64,000 bases of DNA from Octopus sinensis. Taxonomy: Eukaryota. The translations under genes were made by a program, and so were the position numbers. Each line of letters begins with the position of its first letter. Positions within the stretch are counted from its first letter, which is position 1. The notes below the pieces were generated by a model. It made no database searches. It had not been told where the DNA came from and was given only the letters and a program-made list of their open reading frames with translations. Of this stretch, positions 25,742-39,385 are shown in pieces. The stretch spans positions 53,134,001-53,198,000 of the forward strand of contig NC_043015.1 in assembly GCF_006345805.1 (NCBI RefSeq). The letters are read 5' to 3'.

Positions 25742-26345
25742 TAAAAAACAGGTATGCTCCGACCCCACGAGCCCTGTCTTCAACACCGACTTACTGTAAG
25801 TCACACAGGCGTGCTCACGCAGGGCCTTTCACTCCCAACATGCGTGCTGCACGCGTCCATCGTTTTTTAAACTCTCTCTCTGACAAACACTTCCTTTCCA
25901 GCCCCACCTTCCTCTTCAAATGAAAAGTGAACATTTTCACGAGGGCGAGGCAGGAGACGCGGGTGTGTGTCACGATACCTTTCATTCTCGACTTCCATAT
26001 CACCTCTTTCGCAATTGCTACATACACGTAAAAACAATTGTTACCTTCTTCCGTCAGGAAATCCGGCGGGTTAATTTTTACAATTGACTCAGCTGATAGC
26101 TGTATTCTTTTCCCGTCTGACAACAGATGTTCCGCATAAACCCACACTTATGAAATATCCGGACACTGAACAATAGCGTGCAGGACGGTTTCCACGCCCT
26201 GCTTGCATATTGGACAGGCCGTCGGACCAGGGTGGCCGTGTCTCGTGAGTTTATCCCGAACGGGTAGGGCTCCTCGGTAACATTGCCAGGCCAAAGACCG
26301 AATTGATTAGATTTGGGGATCGAACCAGTACTGGACAAGGATTCT
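25742..26345 (-). pseudogene. L1/Tx1-clade LINE 3' end (zf-RVT zinc finger region)
   Basis: SLAWQCYRGALPVRDKLTRHGHPGPTACPICKQGVETVLHAIVQCPDIS*VWVYAE..AIAKEVIWKSRMKG..FHLKRKVGLERK. Confidence 0.85.
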
Positions 26346-27294
26346 GGATTATTTTACCAGATGTTTTTACTTAATTTTTGAGAGCGGTCGAGTTCATTTT
26401 AAGTATTCTCGTCTGTGATAGCAGTCGAATTCATTTCAGATATTTTCATTTCAAAATCACATCTGGTTAATCGTTGAGAGGAAGTTGGTGTTGTCATGGC
26501 GGAGGTTTGCGCTCGCAGACGTCAGAGGAACACTGTTTTAACCGCAAAAGGAAGGTGTCTGCCTTTAGTCCATCCAATTTTGTCCACTATAAAATTTATA
26601 TCGCCAGAGCTACTGTGAAAGCAGTTTTTCCTTTGCGGTCGAAGGGAGATGATCAGATAAGAGCGATTTAGATGAAATATACACGAGATAGAAGTTATAC
26701 AGAGTATATTAACGAAAATGCTCTAAAATTCCGCCATTTTCCTTTATAACATGTCAAATTGCTGAAAGTAATTTGTTGTTTACATAATACAAATTTTATT
26801 TAATTATGTACCTGTTTACATTAATAAAGACATTATTTCTCAAATGTAATAAATATACAACGGAATCGCTTTTTCATGTAGATCTATAACTAACAATAAC
26901 TGTCATCTTGTCAGTTTTAACATGTTACAATACAATTAAATATTTAAAATAGATCTGACATATTAGTAACCTTGTATACAATATAATATAATGTAATATA
27001 TAATGTAATATATAATGTAATATAATTCAATATAATATATTATATGTGTGTGTGTTTGGGTGTGGGCGTACTTGTTTATTAACCGGCAAAAAGTACTCTG
27101 TGTACGGAGTTTGTATAATTTACGTAGAAACTGAAGCTTCTTGAATTATTATTTTGAGTTTCAGGTCGACGATGATTATTCAGATAGTCGTGTGAATAAG
27201 CGGATACGGGAAACTCAGTATAAAAATTTTAAAAGCATCTCACATACACACACACAAATACATACACGCACACACACAAACGCGCACACACACA

Positions 27295-27334
<40 letters not shown>

Positions 27335-27350
27335 CACACACACACACACA

Positions 27351-27690
27351 GAGGCATTGCTGTGTGGTAAGAAGTTTACTTGCCAACCATATGGTCATGA
27401 GTTCAATCCCACTGTGCCACACCGTGGCCACGCGTCTTCCATTTATGGTCCCCGGACCAACCAAACCTTCGCGTGAGTGTGTTTGTGCTTGTGTTTGACC
27501 CCCGCCAACACTTCTTGACAACCGCTGTTGCTTTGTGTACATTCCCATAGCCTAGCGGTTCGGCAAAAAGTAATCGGTTTAATAAGTACCAAGTCTAAAG
27601 ATAAGTGCTGGAGTCGAATTTCCTCGACTAAGCGCTTTAGGAAGGTGGTTTAGCATGGCCGTAGTCCGAGGACATAAACAAGTAGGAGGA
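27351..27690 (+). mobile_element. SINE family A, diverged
   Basis: Head tgctgtgtggtaag, 3' half ttagcggttcggcaaaa..agcatggccg. Confidence 0.8.
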
Positions 27691-27769
27691 GAGCATACGT
27701 GTCTTTCTGTCTGCCTGTCTGTCTCTCTGTTTGTCTGCCTGTCTGTCTGTGTATCTGTCTGCCTGTCTG

Positions 27770-27838
<69 letters not shown>

Positions 27839-28385
27839 ACACACACACACACGCGCACAAACACATATATAGAGGGAGAGACACACACACAGACACACAT
27901 ACATACACACGCATGCGCAGATGTGTATGTGCGCTTGTTTTGTATGTCTGTCATGACACTTCCAGGATGTAATTGTGTGACGCATGTATATATGTATGTA
28001 CGTTTGTATGTGTGTGTGTGTATGTGTATGTGTGTGTGTGTATGTGTGTGTGTGTGTATGTGTGTGTGTGTGTGTGTGTATCTCTTTCTCACTGTCTCTG
28101 TCCATCTGTCTGTTTTCTCTCTCTCTCTCTCTCTCTCTCTGTATGTATGTATACACACACACACAGATGTGTCTGTACATCTGTGTGTATATGGTTGATA
28201 TGTATGTGCACATTCAGTTCGGAATAATAATTGTTTCGAGACTGAATTCCCAATATAAATACACTTTCCTGAATTTCTTCTACGATGACCTTTCTTCTGT
28301 CGACGTCAGTTTTTCACTTCGACGACATTCGCTTTCACATTTAACACTGTATTTCCGTTTATTTCCGTAGCTGAATACACATACA

Positions 28386-28392
28386 CCGAGAA

Positions 28393-28476
<84 letters not shown>

Positions 28477-28553
28477 ACACACATATACACACACGCACGC
28501 ACACACACACATATACATACATACATACATACATACATACATACATACATACA

Positions 28554-28585
<32 letters not shown>
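28386..28585. repeat. (CA)n/(CATA)n microsatellite
   Basis: Direct reading. Confidence 0.95.
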
Positions 28586-28586
<1 letters not shown>

Positions 28587-29272
28587 CTATATATACAAAC
28601 ATATATTAATATATATATATATATATAATATATATATATATATACATATATATACATACATATATATATATATGAATATATGTTTGTATATATATATATA
28701 TATATATATGTATATAATTATTACATACAGTAAGTACATTTATATGCACGTATATGTATACGCACACACATTAATGTAGACAAATATATACATATACATA
28801 CATATACATAATTTGTATTTATACAACATATATATGTTTTTATATATATATATATATAAAGAGAGAGAGAAAGAGAGAGTGAGAGAGAGAGAAACGTACG
28901 TTTTTATTATATATATAGTATATACATATATATGTGATTGTGTGTGTGTGTTCAGCCATGTTGTTTCTTACCGTTATTACCCATTATCATAATATTAATC
29001 TCTCAATCTATCATTTATCCTTTAAGTGAGGTCATTTATCTCTTCATATTTATTTTATTATATGATATTATTGTTGCATTATCACATTTATATATGTAAT
29101 AAATATTGTTGCTCTCTTGACCTAAGTTAAACGTGATTGGACAAATCGATGATCAAAGTTCTTACATCTTTGTCTAGATCAACATAACCCAGTGTATCCT
29201 TATTTTTCAAAAGAAATGCTGTATTTTGTGGAAGCTTTCCCCTCTATCACCAGCCGATCCATTGATCACATA

Positions 29273-29820
29273 CAAGGGTGAGTCAAAAAGTAATACCATT
29301 TTGTTAAGGGCAGGTATAATTACCAACACACGAACATGAAGCTGGTCCTCTGTGGATCCTATCACTACTTCTCAGCATATTCACCGTTTCTCTCAATATC
29401 AATGTTCCACCTTCGAATGAGAGCATGTATCCCTGCGCCATATAATTCTGTTGGCTGTTCTTTGAGCCACTTTTTCACTATAGTTTTCACTTCCTCGTCA
29501 CTGGAATAGTGTTTGCCTCTCAAACCCTCTTTCATGGGGCTGAAGAGATGATAGTCCAGTCACGATGATGGTCCAGTGACGAGGAAGGGAAAACTGTAGT
29601 GAAGAAGTGGCTCAATGAATAGTCAACAGAATTTTACGGGGCAGGGATACAGGCTCTCATTCGAAGGTGGACATTGTTATAGAGATAAATGGTGACTATA
29701 TTGAGAAGTAGGGATGTGATCCACAGAGGACCAGCTTCATTTTGATGTATGATACATGTGCCTGTGTTGGTAATTACACCTGTCCTAAACAAAATGGTAT
29801 TACTTTTTGACTCATCCTCG
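29273..29820. mobile_element. Mariner-derived foldback made of two 3' ends
   Basis: TA flanks; TIR c(a/g)agg(g/a)tgagtcaaaaagtaataccattttgtt; both arms encode SSDEE.KT.VKKWL.E...YGAGI.ALIRRW (left on minus, right on plus). Confidence 0.9.
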
Positions 29821-29834
29821 TAGAATATATCTCT

Positions 29835-30061
29835 TCTATGGCTGTTCGAACTCAATTGTGAGGATCGCTTTGCAATGGGTTCCACAAGGTAAAAGAAGAG
29901 GTGGTCGACCAAAGAAAACGTGGTGGAGAACAAGAACAAAAGATCTTAAAAGCAGAGGGTTAACAATGGAACAAGCTGTCAAGGATATTTTCAGTGTTGG
30001 GAGGTGGAATGACCTTGGTGTCGCCTCAAGTGTCACAAGGCACAATGAGAAACGAAAGTAA
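29835..30061 (+). pseudogene. RTE-clade LINE 3' end
   Basis: SIVRIALQWVPQGKRRGGRPKKTWWRTRTKDLKSRGLTMEQA..RWNDLGVASSVTRH. Confidence 0.85.
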
Positions 30062-31989
30062 TGTAGTGTAATTCTTTCTTGTGCGTATTCAAAAGGGTAT
30101 TGTCATTATTATTGTAGTTGTTATCGACTAACACCATCCCTTCAACATTGCTGCCCTTGTGCGGGATTTGGACTCATGACGTAATGCCGCTGACCATTTT
30201 GAAATTGGTTAGGAACATTTCCTTTTGGAACACCTGAATATCTACTTTAAAGAATATGTGAAAAAAAAGGTTGTCATCGAAATTTTTCTAGTTGTTTATT
30301 GTAACTATCCATACATTTGTGTCACAAGATGTCTGCGACTGGTTTACCTGTCCCTGGGAATTTTGAAGATGTCTTCGAGCGTACTGTAAAGTAAATGTGC
30401 TTCGGATATAAAACGAAAACTGTAGATGATAAGCATGCTTTTAGAGAATTAAAGGATTTTATTGTATAAAATTATGGATGAAGTTTTATTAGCAACATAC
30501 GGTACTGGTTCGTAATTTAAACCTGCTCGATATTTCCCTTTTCATTTTCGTTAACTGCAATTCATATTCGTATGCGAATATGAATCTATGAGTCTGCAAT
30601 CCCTTCTGTCCCCATCCCGTGCAAGTGGACCTACTTTTGATTTAAATCTAGGCTGAGGCTGTTGATTGGACGAATTCTGAGGAACCACAAGGGCGTCATA
30701 CAACCAGACAACTCCCGCAGTCTCCAGTTCGCGACACACTAAAGACTTGAATGTATTATAGAGAACCTCGTGTGCAAAGGAATTACCGGAGGAAAGCTGG
30801 GCTGGTAATAGCAAGTCGAACATTGAGCCAAGGCCTAGGTTACCGAAAATTTGCTCGCTTCCAGCCAGTATCGTCAAAAAAGTAACATTGTAGAAGAATG
30901 CTGCATACTAAATAATGGCGGTGTTGTGTTTGTGAAGACGTCATCACTGGAAATAGTATGGCGGGCTCTGCAGCAAAATAAGAGTGTAGGAAGAATGAAG
31001 CTTTTTTTTAGAGTAAAAAATGAGATCGAAATAAGAATTAGTCAGGGATAATCTATAGATCATCCACGCTGAGTTCCTTCGCTTAGCTTCACTGTATACT
31101 TGGATGGTTTTCGACAGAATCGGTGAGCTGAGAATATCGGTATCTTTCTTCGGTTATATAGAGCTGGCCAGGTTATATAGAATTAATTCTATGGCATTTT
31201 GAAACTTGATTTCGATGTAATTCCCATTTAACACTTTCGACTTTGATGCATTCCAAAATATTTACTCCGATTTTTAGATAGTGAATGTTATTTTTTTTAT
31301 AACTATAATTGAAATAGAAAGAATAGTCTGTGAATTTAGACGCAAAGAAACAAACAACAAGAAAAATCTTAGGACAAAGCCATCTCTGATTGGTTAAAAA
31401 TTATTACGGAAAAAATATTACGAAAATTCAAAATACAATTTATCCTGAGCTAAAATTTCATTATGAAAATAGCGTGTGCATAATGTTTAAAAAAGTACGT
31501 TTTCATATTATGTCATAAAAAGGGAATTTTTTTTTACATGCAGCAAAAAATTATGGTAGTACATTAAAATATTCGTCATTTTTAACACACGACAAAAGAA
31601 AAAAACAAGTTATAATCCTGTACGTATGAGGAGTGATGGAATGGTGACTTTTCGTATTTAAATATTTTGAGAGATTCTATAAAAAAAATTTTTTTCGAAG
31701 ATCAAAATCTGTTTTCGTTTCATAAAGAAATGGAAGAAAAAAAATCCACTAGCTACTGAATGAAGTTAAGAAGCATAAAATTTCTTCAGAATTATGACAA
31801 GCATAAAGAAATTTAAGAACCTCTCTTTGCTTCTTAACTTCGGCAATTGGTACATTTTCTTCGAATGATATACGAAACGAAATAAAATGATGCCCTTCAG
31901 AAATTCCTAATGAATGTTTAACGAAATACGAGATTAGACAGTACTTCATGCCGCCGAATCCCGAGTCATTTATTAACTAAGTATACTTT

Positions 31990-32308
31990 CGAGGAGTTTA
32001 ATGGCCAGGGCATTCAGCTCCCGATCATAAGATCGTCAGTTCGATTCCTATCGGTGCGTTGTGTTCTTGAGAAATATGCTTTATTTCTCGTTCTTTCAGT
32101 CTAACTCAGTTGGCAAAAATGAGTTTGTACCTGTAATTCAAAAGGCCAGTCTTGTCACATTTTACGTCAGGTCGAATCTCCCTGAGAACTAGGTAAAGGG
32201 TACGCGTGTCTGTGGAGTGCTCAGCCACTTGCATGTTAATTTCACGATGAGGCTGCTTGGTTGATCGGATCAGCTGGAATACACGTCGTCGTAACCGACG
32301 GAAAGCCA
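31990..32308 (+). mobile_element. SINE family C with long tail
   Basis: cagttcgattcc B box; aatctccctgagaact..gtggagtgctcagccacttgca..gtcgtaaccgacgg. Confidence 0.8.
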
Positions 32309-32489
32309 CACGAATTTTCACACAGAAAAATCAATATATGAATTCTATGCTTCTTTTGTCTTTCTAATTCCTGAATTTCAAATGCAAATGTCTAATTCGG
32401 TTTCATATTATGAAAGAAAAGATTATCCTCTTTGTAATATCTGCAACCACTATGTAAACCAAATGCCTATAGATACGAATCTCCTAATG

Positions 32490-32745
32490 AGAGTGCATGG
32501 CTTAGTGGTTAGAGTGTTGCACTCAACATCTTAGTCAATTCCTGGACCGGGTGTTGCGTTGTGTTCACCACACTTTACTCAACGATCACTTTGACAATTG
32601 ACGTGTGATACACCGTGCACCCGGCTCAAGCAATAATGATTTGATGGAGGAAGTGATGAGCTACTAAGCAACACGAACATTTGATCACTAAAAGGAAATC
32701 ATCTGTGCTGGATGCTCAACAAGGAATTACTGAACCGTCTTTCGC
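32490..32745 (+). mobile_element. tRNA-derived SINE, family D
   Basis: tggcttagtggttag A box; tail aacatttgatcacta..gaaccgtctt shared with 47158-47417 and 58735-58962. Confidence 0.7.
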
Positions 32746-33287
32746 AGAAGTATGGTTTATTTACGGGGTTAATTTTCACGGTGGGACAGCATATTTGTTT
32801 ATTAAACCACAGTACGGTTTAGGACTTCCTTATAACATAATTTTATACTCACGTACACATACATACACACACACGCGTGTGTATCTGTGTGTGTGCTTTT
32901 CTGAGTTTATATGTGTGTACAGAGGGTTTCAATAATATATTTAACATTATATTTCTAAATGAAAATAATTAAGTCTCTAACTTCATTTCTGTTTTATTGA
33001 TGAAAGAGGTGCAAGGTGAGAGAGAGAGAGAGAGAGAGAGAAAGAAAGAAAGGAGAGAGAGAGAGAGAGAGAAAGAAAGGAGAGAGAAGCAAAAGCTAGA
33101 AAAGAAATAAATAAAGAGGGTTGAAAGAAAGATTGGAGAGAATGAAATGAAATGAAATGAAATTGAGAAATCAATAGGTTGAAGTTGTGTTGCTTTAATG
33201 AGTCAACAGCGAAGAAACCCAACAACTGCTCTTATTACATTGTAAGGTATCCTCCAGTTCTGACCGACAATCATTGTGATATGGTCC

Positions 33288-33332
<45 letters not shown>

Positions 33333-33489
33333 TAGTAAGGATAATAATAACGATAATACTAATACTACTACTAATAATGATTTATTTTAATAATACTAAA
33401 ATTGATAACAATAATTGTCATTATTAATCTTATAATTATCATTATCTGAGAAATTTCTGGCCTTGTGTTTCAATATTAGAAACTGTTGT

Positions 33490-33657
<168 letters not shown>

Positions 33658-33900
33658 GGCGGCCAGCTGGAAGAATCCATAAGCACAATGTAAACAGCTC
33701 GAAGCAATGCTTAGGGATATTTCTTTCGAGCTGTTTACATTGTGCGCCGAGGTCCACTGTGCCTTTCAGCCTCTCGGGCTCGATAAAATAAAGGACCAGT
33801 TGAAAACTAGGGGCTGTGGGGTTCGATGTAACCGATTAGTGTAAACCCAGTTCGCACCACGTCGAGGTCAACTTGGCCTTTCATCTATTCAGCCCAGTAA
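33658..33900 (+). mobile_element. SINE family B, rearranged, containing a perfect 21-bp inverted repeat
   Basis: ggcggccagctgg head; gccgaggtcc..gcctttcagcc..gataaaataaaggaccag; arms 33683-33703 and 33725-33745. Confidence 0.75.
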
Positions 33901-34115
33901 ATGAGATTGGTATTCTTCTTCTTCTTCTTCTTCTTCTTCTTAGATCAAATCTCACCGTTCCATTTTAAATCTTCACAAAAACACACACGCACACACACAC
34001 ACACACAGAGAGACACACACACACACATACACACACACACACACGAACACACACACTCGCGCAGAGTAAAGGATGAATATGTACAATAATATTATAAAAA
34101 ATATCTACTCTTACT

Positions 34116-34321
34116 ATTTTACTTGTTTCAGTCAATAGACTGTGGCCATGCTGGAGCACCGCCTTTAGTCGAGCAAATCGACCCCACGACTTATTCTTTG
34201 TAAGCCTAGTACTTATTCTATCAGTCTCTTTTTGCCGAACCGCTAAGTTACGGGGACGTAAACACACCAGCATCGGTTGTCAAGCGATGTTGGGGGGATA
34301 AACACGGACACACAAGCATAT

Positions 34322-34390
<69 letters not shown>

Positions 34391-34561
34391 CATATATATG
34401 ACGGGCTTCTTTCAGTTTCCATCTACCAAATCCACTCACAAGGCTTTGGTCGGCCTGAGTCTATAGTAGAAGACACTTGCTCAAAGTGCCACGCAGTGGA
34501 ACTGAACTCAGACCCAAGTGGTTGGTAATCAAGTTACTTACCACACAGCCACTCCTACGCC
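34116..34561 (-). mobile_element. SINE family A (full length)
   Basis: Complete reverse complement of family A. Confidence 0.92.
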
Positions 34562-35269
34562 TATCTGATTTTTTTTTATTAATTAAAGACAAAGAACAAA
34601 TGATCGAAATAAACGTTATCTACTGCTACTAGGACACTAAGAATGAGAAAGAAAAAAGGAAAAGAATATTATTTCATATGTTCTCTCACTCAAGAAAAAG
34701 ATTATTGCATAATAATAATAATAAAGGAACAAATATAAACAGCTATAGTATTTAAATAATATTGAAATATTTTTACATTAATATTCGATTGCTCTACACT
34801 CTGGGAGTTATTTAAGGAAAATGAGGAGTTTAAACTTTTAAGAATTATATTGACTAAGAGAGAGAGACGAACAGAAATGCAGTGATGATCATCAGATAGA
34901 CAGATTAATAGAGAGATGAAAGTATTGTAGATGTGTGAACAATGAGGCTATCTGATTACGAGTGAGAAGTGTTTAGTAAACAATTTAGTTTCCAGACAGG
35001 TCATAAATAATTTAGTGCTTAGATTGACGGTATTGCACAAGATAAAAAGTAACTTTAAGTAGGTAAGTAGAAAGATTTTATAGATATATAAAGACACCCA
35101 TACATCCTTTTATTTACAAGGGCCAACAGTCACTCATTCGCACACATATATATTGATAATATCTTCTATATATCCAACAGGTATGTGAATAAGAACGCAC
35201 GTGCACTTGCATCTATACTTGGAATACCCGTCACTGCATGCTTGTATTTTAATATAGTTATTCACAGAA

Positions 35270-35990
35270 ATTTTTTGTTAAACTTTCAAGAGGGCTTATA
35301 AATTGTCTTAGTTTATCCGTTGCTACTCTGTAACTGAATCTCATTAAATTCTTCCTGATTATTTTTCATTATAAATATGTTATTTATGTACCGCCACTCT
35401 CTTGCGTAGTGATATCACAGTTTGTCCAATATAATTTTCCAAACAATCATAGTACGTTATTACATAACTCAAATTTTAGCAGCTGCAAGTTAAACATTCT
35501 TTTGTTCTTAAGACTTCATCCTAAAATTTGAACTCCGAGCTTTCAGTTAAATATAGGCACGTACCGCACCGCTGTTTGGAATTCCGCATTTAGTAACGAC
35601 GGAGTTGGAAGCATGTTAGGAAACCTTTATTCTAGTTAGTATATTTTCCGATAATTTAGGTTGTCTTTTGATTTTGATGACTTCTCAAAATTAAATGCAT
35701 TTTTTGATCTTCAAACGGAATAGGTTGTTTGTTTTGAGTATGGTTAAATATTTCGGTATTTCTTGTGTTAAATGTAGACACACTTGACAAAACTGTTTTC
35801 TGGGTTTTACCTTTCACGTTATTTAAAGATCATGAAATCTATATAGTTTGCTTTTTCTACACCATTTCTAATAAAAGTGGAAACCTCTTTGAACTAGTAT
35901 TCTTCCAATCTTTGATCACGGTTTGTAGTGTTTGATATATTTGTGAAAATTCTTTTTGCTAACTTTAACGGTATGTTCGCTTTCATGTTT
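35270..35990 (-). pseudogene. Second Penelope-like remnant (RT thumb plus GIY-YIG), more decayed
   Basis: IPLKLAKRIFTNISNTTNRDQRLEE; STFNTRNTEIFN..DQKMHLIL; KCGIPN..CGTCLYL; NYIGQTVISLRKRVAVHK. Confidence 0.8.
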
Positions 35991-36134
35991 AGGGCGGCAG
36001 GATGTAAAAAAAGTTACTGTTTCGAAACCGTGAGTTTCTAGTAGAAATTTATTTCCATTCTTTTATATTTTATATTTTATATATTTAAAATGTAAAGAAA
36101 AGATAGCTCTGGTTAAATTCCATCTTGAACTGTA

Positions 36135-36350
36135 TATATGTTTACTTTTATTATAAAATTCTCAAATTTCATAAATGTCTTTCGATCTTCCCGCTATGAA
36201 ATTAAACATTCGTTTTGGTATATTTTCTAGATTCATTTTAAGTAGGTGTAAGATGTGTTTTCGCTTATCTGAGAAGACTCTTTGTAAATTTTAACATCAG
36301 TTATTTGTCCTATAATTTCTCTAACATTACAAATGTTTTATCGTTGGTAT
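36135..36350. repeat. Interspersed repeat shared with 41045-41250
   Basis: ttataaaattctcaaatttcataaat..tattttctagatt..aagtaggtgtaagatgtgttt..cttatctgagaa..catcagttatttgtcct. Confidence 0.8.
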
Positions 36351-36424
36351 TTAACATTGCATTTTCATCCATTTTGTTTGTATATGCAGATATATATGTA
36401 AGTGCGTGAACATTTGAAGGCGCG

Positions 36425-36481
<57 letters not shown>

Positions 36482-36488
36482 TCTTTTG

Positions 36489-36883
36489 CTCTTTTACTTG
36501 TTTCAGTCATTTGACTGCGGCCATGCTGGAGCACCGCCTTTAATCGAGCAACTCGACCCCGGGACTTATTCTTTGTAAGCCCAGTACTTATTCTATCGGT
36601 CACTTTTTGCCGAACCGCTAAGTGACGGGGACATAAACACACCAGCATCGGTTGTCAAGCAATGCTAGGGGGGAAAACACAGACACACAAACACACACAC
36701 ATACATATATATATATACATATATACGACGGGCTTCTTCCAGTTTCCGTCTACCAAATCTACTCACAAGGCTTTGGTCGGCCCGAGGCTATAGTAGAAGA
36801 CACTTGCCCAAGGTGCCACGCAGTGGGACTGAAACCGGAACCATGTGGTTGGTAAACAAGCTACTTACCACACAGCCACTCCT
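36489..36883 (-). mobile_element. SINE family A (full length)
   Basis: Complete reverse complement of family A. Confidence 0.92.
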
Positions 36884-37214
36884 ATATATATATACACTCA
36901 TATTTCAGTACTATGGACCTCCTTTTTAACGGATTTCGGAAGCAGCAGATAAAATCATACAATATCAACAATAGTTCTTCACCAACCATGGTAAGCTTGA
37001 TTTAAATTTAAAATGTTAGGTATTTTACACTGTCAGATTGGATAGCGTGCTTGATTAAAAGTTCAGTACTCTGTTTATTCCTGTCTTTCATAATGCAATT
37101 GTTGAGATTATCCACTCCTAACGTAACCTAACCTTAGTGTCGGTACCTACAGACAATCGGCTTCATCGGACCTATGTTCTTTACTTTTAGTCCGCAGTAT
37201 CGACATATGAGTGT

Positions 37215-37378
37215 CGCTAGCCACTACACATTCTTTATTTTCTTTCCTTGTTTTCCTTTCTGTGGAAGAGCGTAGGCTCGAAATGTTAAAGACCTTTTCA
37301 CTTCCTGAGCGTTAAACTAATAAATCTGTTTGTTGTCTACACCGCCTGTCTTCGTGTTTTTTTGTGAATTCTCCCTAT
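37215..37378 (+). mobile_element. Penelope-like pseudo-LTR remnant
   Basis: Homologous to 1451-1616 (-): gagcgttaaactaata..cctgtcttcgt. Confidence 0.6.
37256..37291 (+). ncRNA. Hammerhead-like motif, variant core (CUGUGGA-A)
   Basis: cttt-CTGTGGA-a-gagc-gtag-gctc-GAAAt-GTT-aaag. Confidence 0.5.
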
Positions 37379-37495
37379 ACACACACGCACACACACGCAC
37401 ACACACACCACACACACATTTGTGTGTGCATGTGCGTGCGCGAATGTGTGTGTGCATGTGCGTGTGTGTATATATATATATATAGATTACATATA

Positions 37496-37564
<69 letters not shown>

Positions 37565-38071
37565 ATATATGTACGTGTGTGTGTTTATCAATTTGATGTT
37601 AAGTATAGTAATTACATTGGTTTATTCCTGACTTTGTTGTAGATTTACACCCATAGACATACACATACCCTCCTTTCCACACATATGCATAATATCATTA
37701 AAGTCGTATTTCTTCATCTTATACAAAAAAAGCAGAGAAAACATCAAAATAAAAAAACGTTCTTAATGGCACCAGTTTAAATTGGTAAATTCTTCGACTG
37801 TTTTTATGGCATAATAATCATATCCGGAAGTCGTAGAAACTGGAATGGTAAATCACTCTCTGTGTATACATGTGTATATATATATATTATATATATGTGT
37901 GTGTGTGTGTGCGTTTACATAATGCGTACAGTGTTTTTGATGTGTATATGTATGTCCTGTGATGTGAGTGTTCGAGGTGCGGTTGAGATCTTTAAATTCC
38001 AGTTTAATCTGGTCAGGTTCATCCTGACTATAATAATTACTTATAAACACCAAATCGACATTCACGAACAC

Positions 38072-38107
<36 letters not shown>

Positions 38108-38547
38108 ACACACAAGCACACGTACAAACACATACACACACACTCATACACACATACACAAGCACACACAAACACACGCACACACAAACACACACACTCA
38201 CACAAACATACACACACAAACACATACACACGTACATATGTGTAGATGCATACACTGGTCTATAGTACATTCACCGATTCTCTCCGTTTTTCTTTTTTCC
38301 AATTTTACCTTCCTTCCAGGCAAAAAAAGCTAAAACAAACATAAAAGTATGATGATTTGGATGAATATGATGACGATGATGATTATGATCATCATCGTCA
38401 TCATCATCATCAACATCATCTTCCTCAGAATCATCTTCAAGTCATCCTCATAAATGTACATACAAACACACATACAAATGCAAGTATATACACATGCTCT
38501 TATTTACCCACTAAAATGCTTCAATATATGTATGTATGTATATATGT

Positions 38548-38549
38548 AC

Positions 38550-38585
<36 letters not shown>

Positions 38586-38586
38586 A

Positions 38587-38678
<92 letters not shown>

Positions 38679-38785
38679 TAGTCTACCTGACTACCTACCT
38701 ACCTACCTACCTACCTACCTACCTACCTACCTACTACCTACCTACCTACCTACCTACCTACCTACCTACCTACCTAACTACCTAT
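38548..38785. repeat. (TATC)n grading into (TACC)n
   Basis: Direct reading. Confidence 0.95.
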
Positions 38786-39049
38786 GTAAACGCGTATGTG
38801 GCTAATCGGAGTCTGTTACTGTCTGGGAGATTCTTACGGTAGTAGAAAAGGAATTTTTTAACTCCTACTTCTAAATTCGGTATGTGGTGAAACAATTAGC
38901 TGACCCCTAATTATAATTATGCTTATAATTATAGAATATTTGTGTCATTTTAAAAAGGTTATTTTAACGTACTGATCTACTTGGTAAAATTATCAATTAA
39001 TTAATTAATTTTACCCTTTTATTATTAATATATGTATGTATGTATCAAA

Positions 39050-39073
39050 CAATCAATCTATCTACCTATCTAC

Positions 39074-39116
<43 letters not shown>

Positions 39117-39117
39117 C

Positions 39118-39192
<75 letters not shown>

Positions 39193-39214
39193 CCTATCTA
39201 TGTATGTATGTATG

Positions 39215-39261
<47 letters not shown>

Positions 39262-39281
39262 ATATATATATATATCAGTCC

Positions 39282-39380
<99 letters not shown>

Positions 39381-39385
39381 AGTCT
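39050..39385. repeat. (TATC)n microsatellite
   Basis: Direct reading. Confidence 0.95.
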
